Source: Eledone cirrhosa (lineage: Eukaryota). From it: a stretch of 64,000 bases of DNA. The notes below the pieces were generated by a model. It was not told the origin of the DNA and searched no databases. It worked only from the letters and a program-made list of their open reading frames with translations. Each line of letters opens with the position of its first letter. Positions within the stretch are counted from its first letter, which is position 1. This document shows, in pieces, positions 28,385-42,340 of the stretch. The DNA lies in the NCBI GenBank assembly GCA_964016885.1, contig OZ024740.1, positions 436,604,001-436,668,000 on the forward strand. The letters run 5' to 3'. The translations under genes were made by a program, and so were the position numbers.

Positions 28385-31300
28385 CTGGTTACAGAGTGTT
28401 GTCTGGTTATAGAGTGTTGACTGGTTATAGAGTGTCGTCTGGTTATAGAGTGTTGTCTGGTTACAGAGTGTTGTCTGGTTATAGAGTGTTGACTGGTTAT
28501 AGAGTGTTGACTGGTTAGAGAGTGTTGACTGGTTATAGAGTGTTGTCTGGTTACAGAGTGTTGTCTGGTTATAGAGTGTTGACTGGTTATAGAGTGTTGT
28601 CTGGTTAGAGAGTGTTGTCTGGTTATAGAGTGTTGACTGGTTATAGAGTGTTGACTGGTTATAGAGTGTTGATTGGTTATAGAGTGTTGTCTGGTTATAG
28701 TGTGTTGTCTGGTTATAGAGTGTTGACTGGTTATAGAGTGTTGTCTGGTTAGAGAGTGTCGACTGGTTATAGAGTGTTGACTGGTTATAGAGTGTTGTCT
28801 GGTTATAGTGTGTTGTCTGGTTATAGAGTGTTGTCTGGTTATAGGGTGTTGACTGGTTATAGAGTGTTATCTGGTTAGAGAGTGTCGACTGGTTATAGAG
28901 TGTTGACTGGTTATAGAGTGTTGTCTGGTTATAGAGTGTTGACTGGTTACAGAGTATTGTCTGATTATATAGTGTCGACTGGTTATAGAGTGTTGACTGG
29001 TTATAGAGTGTTGACTGGTTATAGAGTGTTGTCTGGTTACAGAGTTTTGTCTGGTTATAGAGTGTTGTCTGGTTAGAGAGTGTCGACTGGTTATAGAGTG
29101 TTGACTGGTTATAGAGTGTTGTCTGGTTAGAGAGTGTCGACTGGTTATAGAGTGTTGACTGGTTATAGAGTGTTGTCTGGTTATAGAGTGTTGACTGGTT
29201 ACAGAGTGTTGTCTGGTTATAGAGTGTTGACTGGTTATAGAGTGTTGACTGGTTATAGAGTGTTGTCTGGTTATAGAGTGTTGACGGGTTATAGAGTGTT
29301 GACTGGTTATAGAGTGTTGTCTGGTTAGAGAGTGTCGACTGGTTATAGAGTGTTGACTGGTTATAGAGTGTTGTCTGGTTAGAGAGTGTCGACTGGTTAT
29401 AGAGTGTTGACTGGTTATAGAGTGTTGTCTGGTTATAGAGTGTTGACTGGTTACAGAGTGTTGTCTGGTTATAGAGTGTTGACTGGTTATAGAGTGTTGT
29501 CTGGTTAGAGAGTGTTGTCTGGTTATAGAGTGTCGACTGGTTATAGAGTGTTGACTGGTTATAGAGTGTTGTCTGGTTATAGAGTGTTGACTGGTTATAG
29601 AGTGTTGACTGGTTATAGAGTGTTGTCTGGTTAGAGAGTGTCGACTGGTTATAGAGTGTTGACTGGTTATAGAGTATTGTCTGGTTATAGAGTGTTGACT
29701 GGTTATAGAGTGTTGTCTGGTTATAGAGTGTTGTCTGGTTATAGAGTGTCGACTGGTTATAGAGTGTTGACTGGTTATAGAGTGTTGTCTGGTTATAGAG
29801 TGTTGACTGGTTATAGAGTGTTGTCTGCTTATAGAGTGTTGACTGGTTATAGACTGTTGTCTGGTTATAGAGTGTTGTCTGGTTATAGAGTGTTGTCTGG
29901 TTAGAGAGTGTTGTCTGGTTATAGAGTGTTGTCTGGTTATAGAGTGTTGATTGGTTACAGAGTGTTGTCTGGTTACAGAGTGTTGTCTGGTTATAGAGTG
30001 TTGTCTGGTTATAGAGTGTTGTCTGGTTATAGAGTGTTGACTGGTTATAGAGTGTTGTCTGGTTATAGAGTGTTGACTGGTTATAGAGTGTTGTCTGGTT
30101 ATAGAGTGTTGTCTGGTTATAGAGTGTCGACTGGTTATAGAGTGTTGACTGGTTATAGAGTGTCGTCTGTTTATAGAGTGTTGTCTGGTTATAGAGTGTC
30201 GTCTGGTTATAGAGTGTTGTCTGGTTATAGAGTGTTGTCTGGTTATAGAGTGTTGACTGGTTATAGAGTGTTGTCTGGTTATAGAGTGTTGACTGCTTAT
30301 AGAGTGTTGACTGGTTATAGAGTGTTGTTTGGTTATAGAGTGTTGACTGGTTATAGAGTGTTGTCTGGTTATAGAGTGTTGACTGGTTATAGAGTGTTGT
30401 CTGGTTATAGAGTGTTGTCTGGTTATAGAGTGGTGACTGGTTATAGAGTGTTGTCTGGTTATAGAGTGTCGACTGGTTATAGAGTGTTGACTGGTTATAG
30501 AGTGTCGTCTGTTTATAGAGTGTTGTCTGGTTATAGAGTGTTGTCTGGTTAGAGAGTGTTGACTGGTTAGAGAGTGTTGACTGGTTATAGAGTGTTGTCT
30601 GGTTATAGAGTGTTGACTGGTTATAGAGTGTTGTCTTGTTATAGAGTGTTGATTGGTTATAGAGTGTTGACTGGTTAGAGAGTGTTGTCTGGTTAGAGAG
30701 TGTTGACTGGTTATAAAGTGTTGTCTGGTTATAGTGTGTTGTCTGGTTATAGAATGTCGTCTGGTTATAGAGTGTTGTCTGGTTATAGAGTGTCGTCTGT
30801 TTATAGAGTGTTGTCTGGTTATAGAGTGTTGACTGGTTATAGAGTGTTGTCTGGTTATAGAGTGTTGTCTGGTTATAGAGTGTTGACTGGTTATAGAGTG
30901 TTGATTGGTTACAGAGTGTTGTCTGTTTATAGAGTTTTGTCTGGTTATAGAGTGTTGTCTGGTTATAGAGTGTTGTCTGGTTATAGAGTGTTGTCTGGTT
31001 ATAGAGTGTTGTCTGGTTATAGAGTGTTGTCTGGTTAGAGAGTGTTGTCTTGTTAGAGAGTGTTGACTGGTTAGAGAGTGTTGTCTGGTTAGAGAGTGTT
31101 GACTGGTTAGGGAGTGTTGTCTGGTTAGAGAGTGTTGTCTGGTTTGAGAGTGTTGACTGGTTAGAGAGTGTTAACTGGTTATAGAGTGTTGTCTGGTTAT
31201 AGAGTGTTGTCTGGTTATAGAGTGTTGTCTGGTTATAGAGTGTTGTCTGGTTAGAGAGTGTTGTCTGGTTAGAGAGTGTTGACTGGTTAGAGAGTGTTGT

Positions 31301-34300
31301 CTGGTTAGAGAGTGTTGACTGGTTAGAGAGTGTTGTCTGGTTAGAGAGTGTTGTCTGGTTAGAGAGTGTTGACTGGTTAGAGAGTGTTAACTGGTTATAG
31401 AGTGTTGTCTGGTCATAGAGTGTTGTCTGGTTATAGAGTGTTGTCTGGTTAGAGAGTGTTGTCTGGTTAGAGAGTGTTGACTGGTTAGAGAGTGTTGTCT
31501 GGTTAGAGAGTGTTGACTGGTTAGGGAGTGTTGTCTGGTTAGAGAGTGTTGTCTGGTTAGAGAGTGCTGACTGGTTAGAGAGTGTTAACTGGTTATAGAG
31601 TGTTGTCTGGTTATAGAGTGTTGACTGGTTACAGAGTGTTGTCTGGTTATAGAGTGTTGACTGGTTATAGAGTGTCGTCTGGTTATAGAGTGTTGTCTGG
31701 TTACAGAGTGTTGTCTGGTTATAGAGTGTTGACTGGTTATAGAGTGTTGACTGGTTAGAGAGTGTTGACTGGTTATAGAGTGTTGTCTGGTTACAGAGTG
31801 TTGTCTGGTTATAGAGTGTTGACTGGTTATAGAGTGTTGTCTGGTTAGAGAGTGTTGTCTGGTTATAGAGTGTTGACTGGTTATAGAGTGTTGACTGGTT
31901 ATAGAGTGTTGATTGGTTATAGAGTGTTGTCTGGTTATAGTGTGTTGTCTGGTTATAGAGTGTTGACTGGTTATAGAGTGTTGTCTGGTTAGAGAGTGTC
32001 GACTGGTTATAGAGTGTTGACTGGTTATAGAGTGTTGTCTGGTTATAGTGTGTTGTCTGGTTATAGAGTGTTGTCTGGTTATAGGGTGTTGACTGGTTAT
32101 AGAGTGTTATCTGGTTAGAGAGTGTCGACTGGTTATAGAGTGTTGACTGGTTATAGAGTGTTGTCTGGTTATAGAGTGTTGACTGGTTACAGAGTATTGT
32201 CTGATTATATAGTGTCGACTGGTTATAGAGTGTTGACTGGTTATAGAGTGTTGACTGGTTATAGAGTGTTGTCTGGTTACAGAGTTTTGTCTGGTTATAG
32301 AGTGTTGTCTGGTTAGAGAGTGTCGACTGGTTATAGAGTGTTGACTGGTTATAGAGTGTTGTCTGGTTAGAGAGTGTCGACTGGTTATAGAGTGTTGACT
32401 GGTTATAGAGTGTTGTCTGGTTATAGAGTGTTGACTGGTTACAGAGTGTTGTCTGGTTATAGAGTGTTGACTGGTTATAGAGTGTTGACTGGTTATAGAG
32501 TGTTGTCTGGTTATAGAGTGTTGACGGGTTATAGAGTGTTGACTGGTTATAGAGTGTTGTCTGGTTAGAGAGTGTCGACTGGTTATAGAGTGTTGACTGG
32601 TTATAGAGTGTTGTCTGGTTAGAGAGTGTCGACTGGTTATAGAGTGTTGACTGGTTATAGAGTGTTGTCTGGTTATAGAGTGTTGACTGGTTACAGAGTG
32701 TTGTCTGGTTATAGAGTGTTGACTGGTTATAGAGTGTTGTCTGGTTAGAGAGTGTTGTCTGGTTATAGAGTGTCGACTGGTTATAGAGTGTTGACTGGTT
32801 ATAGAGTGTTGTCTGGTTATAGAGTGTTGACTGGTTATAGAGTGTTGACTGGTTATAGAGTGTTGTCTGGTTAGAGAGTGTCGACTGGTTATAGAGTGTT
32901 GACTGGTTATAGAGTATTGTCTGGTTATAGAGTGTTGACTGGTTATAGAGTGTTGTCTGGTTATAGAGTGTTGTCTGGTTATAGAGTGTCGACTGGTTAT
33001 AGAGTGTTGACTGGTTATAGAGTGTTGTCTGGTTATAGAGTGTTGACTGGTTATAGAGTGTTGTCTGCTTATAGAGTGTTGACTGGTTATAGACTGTTGT
33101 CTGGTTATAGAGTGTTGTCTGGTTATAGAGTGTTGTCTGGTTAGAGAGTGTTGTCTGGTTATAGAGTGTTGTCTGGTTATAGAGTGTTGATTGGTTACAG
33201 AGTGTTGTCTGGTTACAGAGTGTTGTCTGGTTATAGAGTGTTGTCTGGTTATAGAGTGTTGTCTGGTTATAGAGTGTTGACTGGTTATAGAGTGTTGTCT
33301 GGTTATAGAGTGTTGACTGGTTATAGAGTGTTGTCTGGTTATAGAGTGTTGTCTGGTTATAGAGTGTCGACTGGTTATAGAGTGTTGACTGGTTATAGAG
33401 TGTCGTCTGTTTATAGAGTGTTGTCTGGTTATAGAGTGTCGTCTGGTTATAGAGTGTTGTCTGGTTATAGAGTGTTGTCTGGTTATAGAGTGTTGACTGG
33501 TTATAGAGTGTTGTCTGGTTATAGAGTGTTGACTGCTTATAGAGTGTTGACTGGTTATAGAGTGTTGTTTGGTTATAGAGTGTTGACTGGTTATAGAGTG
33601 TTGTCTGGTTATAGAGTGTTGACTGGTTATAGAGTGTTGTCTGGTTATAGAGTGTTGTCTGGTTATAGAGTGGTGACTGGTTATAGAGTGTTGTCTGGTT
33701 ATAGAGTGTCGACTGGTTATAGAGTGTTGACTGGTTATAGAGTGTCGTCTGTTTATAGAGTGTTGTCTGGTTATAGAGTGTTGTCTGGTTAGAGAGTGTT
33801 GACTGGTTAGAGAGTGTTGACTGGTTATAGAGTGTTGTCTGGTTATAGAGTGTTGACTGGTTATAGAGTGTTGTCTTGTTATAGAGTGTTGATTGGTTAT
33901 AGAGTGTTGACTGGTTAGCGAGTGTTGTCTGGTTAGAGAGTGTTGACTGGTTATAAAGTGTTGTCTGGTTATAGTGTGTTGTCTGGTTATAGAATGTCGT
34001 CTGGTTATAGAGTGTTGTCTGGTTATAGAGTGTCGTCTGTTTATAGAGTGTTGTCTGGTTATAGAGTGTTGACTGGTTATAGAGTGTTGTCTGGTTATAG
34101 AGTGTTGTCTGGTTATAGAGTGTTGACTGGTTATAGAGTGTTGATTGGTTACAGAGTGTTGTCTGTTTATAGAGTTTTGTCTGGTTATAGAGTGTTGTCT
34201 GGTTATAGAGTGTTGTCTGGTTATAGAGTGTTGTCTGGTTATAGAGTGTTGTCTGGTTATAGAGTGTTGTCTGGTTAGAGAGTGTTGTCTTGTTAGAGAG

Positions 34301-34871
34301 TGTTGACTGGTTAGAGAGTGTTGTCTGGTTAGAGAGTGTTGACTGGTTAGGGAGTGTTGTCTGGTTAGAGAGTGTTGTCTGGTTTGAGAGTGTTGACTGG
34401 TTAGAGAGTGTTAACTGGTTATAGAGTGTTGTCTGGTTATAGAGTGTTGTCTGGTTATAGAGTGTTGTCTGGTTATAGAGTGTTGTCTGGTTAGAGAGTG
34501 TTGTCTGGTTAGAGAGTGTTGACTGGTTAGAGAGTGTTGTCTGGTTAGAGAGTGTTGACTGGTTAGAGAGTGTTGTCTGGTTAGAGAGTGTTGTCTGGTT
34601 AGAGAGTGTTGACTGGTTAGAGAGTGTTAACTGGTTATAGAGTGTTGTCTGGTCATAGAGTGTTGTCTGGTTATAGAGTGTTGTCTGGTTAGAGAGTGTT
34701 GTCTGGTTAGAGAGTGTTGACTGGTTAGAGAGTGTTGTCTGGTTAGAGAGTGTTGACTGGTTAGGGAGTGTTGTCTGGTTAGAGAGTGTTGTCTGGTTAG
34801 AGAGTGCTGACTGGTTAGAGAGTGTTAACTGGTTATAGAGTGTTGTCTGGTTATAGAGTGTTGACTGGTTA
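28385..34871. repeat. Near-perfect tandem duplication of 3240 bp (180 units)
   Basis: Line-for-line identity at +3240. ORFs 28882/32122, 29134/32374, 29638/32878, 29908/33148 and 30700/33940 have identical translations. I spotted one difference (A30679 vs C33919). Confidence 0.95.
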
Positions 34872-34879
34872 TAGAGTGT

Positions 34880-37800
34880 TGTCTGGTTATAGAGTGTTGT
34901 CTGGTTAGAGAGTGTTGACTGGTTAGGGAGTGTTGTCTGGTTAGAGAGTGTTGTCTGGTTATAGAGTGTTGTCTGGTTAGAGAGTGTTGACTGGTTAGGG
35001 AGTGTTGACTGGTTATAGAGTGTTGACTGGTTATAGAGTGTCGACTGGTTAGAGAGTGTTGTCTGGTTAGAGAGTGTTGACTGGTTAGGGAGTGTTGTCT
35101 AGTTAGAGAGTGTTGTCTGGTTATAGAGTGTCGACTGGTTATAGAGTTTTGACTGGTTATAGAGTGTTGTCTGGTTATAAAGTGTTGACTGGTTATAGAG
35201 TGTTGTCTGGTTATAGAGTGTTGACTGGTTATAGAGTGTTGTCTGGTTAGAGAGTGTCGACTGGTTATAGAGTGTTGACTGGTTAGTGAGTGTTGTCTGG
35301 TTATAGAGTATTGTCTGGTTATAGAGTGTTGTCTGGTTATAGAGTGTTGCCTGGTTAGAGAGTGTCGACTGGTTATAGAGTGTTGACTGGTTATAGAGTG
35401 TTGTCTGGTTATAGAGTTTTGACTGGTTATAGAGTGTTGTCTGGTTATAGAGTGTTGACTGGTTATAGAGTGTTGTCTAGTTATAGAGTGTTGACTGGTT
35501 ATAGAGTGTTGACTGGTTATAGAGTGTTGTCTGGTTATAGAGTGTTGTCTGGTTATAGAGTGTTGTCTGGTTATAGAGTGTTGTCTGGTTATAGAGTGTT
35601 GACTGGTTATAGAGTGTTGACTGGTTATAGAGTGTTGTCTGGTTATAGAGTGTTGTCTGGTTAGAGAGTGTTGACTGGTTATAGAGTGTTGTCTGGTTAT
35701 AGAGTGTCGACTGGTTATAGAGTGTTGTCTGGTTATAGAGTGTTGACTGGTTATAGAGTGTTGTCTGGTTATAGAGTGTTGTCTGGTTATAGAGTGTTGT
35801 CTGGTTATAGAGTGTTGTCTGGTTATAGAGTGTTGTCTGGTTATAGAGTGTTGTCTGGTTATAGAGTGTTGTCTGGTTATAGAGTGTTGTCTGGTTAGAG
35901 AGTGTTGACTGGTTATAGAGTGTTGTCTGGTTATAGAGTGTCGACTGGTTATAGAGTGTTGTCTGGTTATAGAGTGTTGACTGGTTATAGAGTGTTGTCT
36001 GGTTATAGAGTGTTGACTGGTTATAGAGTGTTGTCTGGTTATAGAGTGTTGTCTGGTTATAGAGTGTTGTCTGGTTATAGAGTGTTGTCTGGTTATAGAG
36101 TGTTGACTGGTTATAGAGTGTTGTCTGGTTATAGAGTGTTGTCTGGTTATAGAGTGTTGTCTGGTTATAGAGTGTTGTCTGGTTATAGAGTGTTGTCTGG
36201 TTATAGAGTGTTGTCTGGTTAGAGAGTGTTGACTGGTTATAGAGTGTTGTCTGGTTATAGAGTGTCGACTGGTTATAGAGTGTTGACTGGTTATAGAGTG
36301 TCGACTGGTTATAGAGTGTTGTCTGGTTATAGAGTGTTGACTGGTTATAGAGTGTTGTCTGGTTATAGAGTGTTGACTGGTTATAGAGTGTTGTCTGGTT
36401 ATAGAGTGTTGATTGGTTATAGAGTGTTGACTGGTTAGAGAGTGTTGTCTGGTTATAGAGTGTTGACTGGTTATAGAGTGTTGTCTGGTTAGAGAGTGTT
36501 GTCTGGTTAGAGTGTGTTGTCTGGTTATAGAGTGTTGACTGGTTAGAGAGTGTTGTCTGGTTATAGAGTGTTGATTGGTTATAGTGTGTTGACTGGTTAG
36601 TGAGTGTTGACTGGTTAGAGAGTGTTGTCTGGTTAGAGAGTGTTGTCTGTTTAGAGAGTGTTGTCTGGTTATAGTGTGTTGTCTGGTTAGAGATTGTTGA
36701 CTGGTTAGAGAGTGTTGACTGGTTATAGAGTGTTGTCTGGTTAGAGACTGTTGTCTGGTTATAGAGGGTTGTCTGGTTATAGAGTGTTGACTGGTTAGAG
36801 AGTGTTGACTGGTTATAGAGTGTTGTCTGGTTATAGAGTGTTGTCTGGTTATAGAGTGTTGACTGGTTAGAGAGTGTTGACTGGTTATAGAGTGTTGACT
36901 GGTTAGAGAGTGTTGACTGGTTATAGAGTGTTGACTGGTTAGAGAGTGTTGACTGGTTATAGAGTGTTGTCTGGTTATAGAGTGTTGTCTGGTTATAGAG
37001 TGTTGACTGGTTATAGAGTGTTGTCTGGTTACAGATTGCTGACTGGTTAGAGAGTGTTGACTGGTTATAGAGTGTTGACTGGTTATAGAGTGTTGTCTGG
37101 TTAGAGAGTGTTGTCTGGTTAGAGAGTGTTGACTGGTTATAGAGTGTTGACTGGTTAGAGAGTGTTGTCTGGTTAGAGAGTGTTGACTGGTTATAGAGTG
37201 TTGACTGGTTATAGAGTGTTGTCTGGTTAGAGAGTGTTGTCTGGTTATAGAGTGTTGTCTGGTTAGAGAGTGTTGACTGGTTAGGGAGTGTTGTCTGGTT
37301 AGAGAGTGTTGTCTGGTTATAGAGTGTTGTCTGGTTAGAGAGTGTTGACTGGTTAGGGAGTGTTGACTGGTTATAGAGTGTTGACTGGTTATAGAGTGTC
37401 GACTGGTTAGAGAGTGTTGTCTGGTTAGAGAGTGTTGACTGGTTAGGGAGTGTTGTCTAGTTAGAGAGTGTTGTCTGGTTATAGAGTGTCGACTGGTTAT
37501 AGAGTTTTGACTGGTTATAGAGTGTTGTCTGGTTATAAAGTGTTGACTGGTTATAGAGTGTTGTCTGGTTATAGAGTGTTGACTGGTTATAGAGTGTTGT
37601 CTGGTTAGAGAGTGTCGACTGGTTATAGAGTGTTGACTGGTTAGTGAGTGTTGTCTGGTTATAGAGTATTGTCTGGTTATAGAGTGTTGTCTGGTTATAG
37701 AGTGTTGCCTGGTTATAGAGTGTTGACTGGTTATAGAGTGTTGTCTGGTTATAGAGTGTTGCCTGGTTATAGAGTGTCGACTGGTTATAGAGTTTTGACT

Positions 37801-38300
37801 GGTTATAGAGTGTTGTCTGGTTATAGAGTGTTGACTGGTTATAGAGTGTTGTCTAGTTATAGAGTGTTGACTGGTTATAGAGTGTTGACTGGTTATAGAG
37901 TGTTGTCTGGTTATAGAGTGTTGTCTGGTTATAGAGTGTTGTCTGGTTATAGAGTGTTGTCTGGTTATAGAGTGTTGACTGGTTATAGAGTGTTGACTGG
38001 TTATAGAGTGTTGTCTGGTTATAGAGTGTTGTCTGGTTAGAGAGTGTTGACTGGTTATAGAGTGTTGTCTGGTTATAGAGTGTCGACTGGTTATAGAGTG
38101 TTGTCTGGTTATAGAGTGTTGACTGGTTATAGAGTGTTGTCTGGTTATAGAGTGTTGTCTGGTTATAGAGTGTTGTCTGGTTATAGAGTGTTGTCTGGTT
38201 ATAGAGTGTTGTCTGGTTATAGAGTGTTGTCTGGTTATAGAGTGTTGTCTGGTTATAGAGTGTTGTCTGGTTATAGAGTGTTGTCTGGTTATAGAGTGTT
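34880..38300. repeat. Duplication, ~34.9-35.9 kb repeated at ~37.2-38.3 kb (initial offset 2358 bp = 131 units)
   Basis: CTAGTT 35101/37459, plus shared TTAGGG, TATAAAG, TAGTGAG, AGTATTG and GTTGCC markers in the same order. Confidence 0.82.
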
Positions 38301-41300
38301 GTCTGGTTAGAGAGTGTTGTCTGGTTAGAGAGTGTTGTCTGGTTAGAGAGTGTTGTCTGGTTATAGTGTGTTGTCTGGTTAGAGATTGTTGACTGGTTAG
38401 AGAGTGTTGACTGGTTATAGAGTGTTGTCTGGTTAGAGACTGTTGTCTGGTTATAGAGGGTTGTCTGGTTATAGAGTGTTGACTGGTTAGAGAGTGTTGA
38501 CTGGTTATAGAGTGTTGTCTGGTTATAGAGTGTTGTCTGGTTATAGAGTGTTGACTGGTTAGAGAGTGTTGACTGGTTATAGAGTGTTGACTGGTTATAG
38601 AGTGTTCACTGGTTATAGAGTGTTGTCTGGTTAGAGAGTGTTGACTGGTTATAGAGTGTTGACTGGTTATAGAGTGTTTACTGGTTATAGAGTGTTGACT
38701 GGTTATAGAGTGTTGACTGGTTATAGAGCGTTGTCTGGTTATAGAGTGTTGACTGGTTATAGAGTGTTGACTGGTTATAGAGTGTTGTCTGGTTATAAAG
38801 TGTTGACTGGTTATAGAGTGTTGACTGGTTATAGAGTGTTGACTGGTTATAGAGTGTTGACTGGTTATAGAGTGTTGACTGGTTAGAGAGTGTTGTCTGG
38901 TTATAGAGTGTTGTCTGGTTATAGAGTGTTGACTGGTTATAGAGTGTTGTCTGGTTAGAGAGTGTTCACTGGTTATAGAATGTTGTCTGGTTATAGAGTG
39001 TTGACTGGTTAGAGAGTGTTGTCTGGTTAGAGAGTGTTGTCTGGTTAGAGAGTGTTGACTGGTTAGAGAGTGTTGTCTGGTTATAGAGTGTTGACTGGTT
39101 ATAGAGTGTTGTCTGGTTAGAGAGTGTTGTCTGGTTATAGAGTGTTGACTGGTTATAGAGTGTTGTCTGGTTATAGAGTGTTGACTGGTTATAGAGTGTT
39201 GTCTGGTTATAGAGTGTCGACTGGTTATAGAGTGTTGTCTGGTTATAGAGTGTTGACTGGTTATAGAGTGTTGTCTGGTTATAGAGTGTTGACTGGTTAT
39301 AGAGTGTTGTCTGGTTATAGAGTGTTGTCTGGTTAGAGAGTGTTGACTGGTTATAGAGTGTTGTCTGGTTAGAGAGTGTCGACTGGTTATAGAGTGTTGA
39401 CTGGTTAGAGAGTGTTGACTGGTTATAGAGTGTTGACTGGTTATAGAGTGTTGTCTGGTTATAGAGTGTTGACTGGTTATAGAGTGTTGTCTGGTTATAG
39501 AGTGTTGTATGGTTATAGAGTGTTGTCTGGTTATAGAGTGTTGTCTGTTTATAGAGTGTTGACTGGTTATAGAGTGTTGTCTGGTTATAGAGTGTTCACT
39601 GGTTATAGAGTGTCGACTGGTTATAGAGTGTTGACTGGTTATAGAGTGTCGTCTGGTTATAGAGTGTTGTCTGGTTATAGAGTGTTGACTGGTTATAGAG
39701 TGTTGTCTGGTTATAGAGTGTTGTCTGGTTATAGAGTGTTGACTGGTTATAGAGTGTTGATTGGTTACAGAGTGTTGTCTGGTTATAGAGTGTTGACTGG
39801 TTATAGAGTGTTGTCTGGTTACAGAGTGTTGACTGGTTATAGAGTGTCGTCTGGTTATAGAGTGTTGTCTGGTTATAGAGTTTTGTCTGGTTATAGTGTG
39901 TTGTCTGGTTATAGAGTGTTGATTGGTTACAGAGTGTTGTCTGGTTACAGAGTGTTGTCTGGTTATAGAGTGTTGTCTGGTTATAGAGTGTTGATTGGTT
40001 ACAGAGTGTTGTCTGGTTACAGAGTGTTGACAGGTTATAGAGTGTTGTCTAGTTATAGAGTGTTGATTGGTTATAGAGTGTTGACTGGTTATAGAGTGTT
40101 GTCTGGTTATAGAGTGTTGATTGGTTATAGAGTGTTGTCTGGTTAGAGAGTGTTGTCTGGTTATAGAGTGTTGACTGGTTATAGAGTGTTGTCTGGTTAT
40201 AGAGTGTTGATTGGTTATAGAGTGTTGACTGGTTAGAGAGTGTTGTCTGGTTATAGAGTGTTGACTGGTTATAGAGTGTTGTCTGGTTAGAGAGTGTTGT
40301 CTGGTTAGAGAGTGTTGTCTGGTTATAGAGTGTTGACTGGTTAGAGAGTGTTGTCTGGTTATAGAGTGTTGATTGGTTATAGTGTGTTGACTGGTTAGAG
40401 AATGTTGACTGGTTAGAGAGTGTTGTCTGGTTAGAGAGTGTTGTCTGGTTAGAGAATGTTGTCTGGTTATAGAGTGTTATCTGGTTAGAGAGTGTTGTCT
40501 GGTTATAGAGTGTTGATTGGTTATAGTGTGTTGACTGGTTAGAGAATGTTGACTGGTTGGAGAGTGCTGTCTGGTTAGAGAGTGTTGTCTGGTTATAGAG
40601 TGTTGTCTGGTTATAGAGTGTTGACTGGTTAGAGAGTGTTGATTGGTTAGAGAGTGTTGACTGGTTAGAGAGTGTTGTCTGGTTATAGAGTGTTGACTGG
40701 TTAGAGAGTGTTGTCTGGTTAGAGAGTGTTGTCTGGTTATAGTGTGTTGACTGGTTAGAGAGTGTTGTCTGGTTATAGAGTGTTTATTGGTTATAGTGTG
40801 TTGACTGGTTAGAGAGTGTTGACTGGTTAGAGAGTGTTGTCTGGTTAGAGAGTGTTGTCTGGTTAGAGAGTGTTGTCTGGTTATAGTGTGTTGTCTGGTT
40901 AGAGATTGTTGACTGGTTAGAGAGTGTTGACTGGTTATAGAGTGTTGTCTGGTTAGAGACTGTTGTCTGGTTATAGAGTGTTGTCTGGTTATAGAGTGTT
41001 GACTGGTTAGAGAGTGTTGACTGGTTATAGAGTGTTGTCTGGTTATAGAGTGTTGTCTGGTTATAGAGTGTTGACTGGTTAGAGAGTGTTGACTGGTTAT
41101 AGAGTGTTGACTGGTTAGAGAGTGTTGACTGGTTATAGAGTGTTGACTGGTTAGAGAGTGTTGACTGGTTATAGAGTGTTGTCTGGTTATAGAGTGTTGT
41201 CTGGTTATAGAGTGTTGACTGGTTATAGAGTGTTGTCTGTTTACAGATTGTTGACTGGTTAGAGAGTGTTGACTGGTTATAGAGTGTTGACTGGTTATAG

Positions 41301-41640
41301 AGTGTTGTCTGGTTAGAGAGTGTTGTCTGGTTAGAGAGTGTTGACTGGTTATAGAGTGTTGACTGGTTATAGAGTTTTGTCTGGTTAGAGATTGTTGACT
41401 GGTTATAGAGTGTTGACTGGTTATAGAGTGTTGTCTGGTTAGAGAGTGTTGTCTGGTTAGAGAGTGTTGACTGGTTATAGAGTGTTGACTGGTTACAGAG
41501 TGTTGTCTGGTTAGAGAGTGTTGACTGGTTAGAGAGTGTTGACTGGTTATAGAGTGTTGACTGGTTATAGAGTGTTCACTGGTTATAGAGTGTTGTCTGG
41601 TTAGAGAGTGTTGACTGGTTATAGAGTGTTGACTGGTTAT

Positions 41641-41660
41641 AGAGTGTTTATGGTTATAGA
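41641..41660. other. 1-bp deletion (C) in a unit
   Basis: Reads GTGTTTATGG, whereas paralogous positions (~26367, ~42763) read GTGTTTACTGG. Confidence 0.9.
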
Positions 41661-42340
41661 GTGTTGACTGGTTATAGAGTGTTGACTGGTTATAGAGTGT
41701 TGATTGGTTATAGTGTGTTGACTGGTTATAGAGTGTTGACTGGTTAGAGAGTGTTGATTGGTTATAGAGTGTTGACTGGTTAGAGAGTGTTGTCTGGTTA
41801 TAGAGTGTTGACTGGTTAGAGAGTGTTGTCTGGTTAGAGAGTGTTGTCTGGTTATAGTGTGTTGACTGGTTAGAGAGTGTTGTCTGGTTATAGAGTGTTT
41901 ATTGGTTATAGTGTGTTGACTGGTTAGAGAGTGTTGACTGGTTAAAGAGTGTTGTCTGGTTAGAGAGTGTTGTCTGGTTAGAGAGTGTTGTCTGGTTATA
42001 GTGTGTTGTCTGGTTAGAGATTGTTGACTGGTTAGAGAGTGTTGACTGGTTATAGAGTGTTGTCTGGTTAGAGACTGTTGTCTGGTTATAGAGTGTTGTC
42101 TGGTTATAGAGTGTTGACTGGTTAGAGAGTGTTGACTGGTTATAGAGTGTTGTCTGGTTATAGAGTGTTGTCTGGTTATAGAGTGTTGACTGGTTAGAGA
42201 GTGTTGACTGGTTATAGAGTGTTCACTGGTTAGAGAGTGTTGACTGGTTATAGAGTGTTGACTGGTTAGAGAGTGTTGACTGGTTATAGAGTGTTGTCTG
42301 GTTATAGAGTGTTGTCTGGTTATAGAGTGTTGACTGGTTA

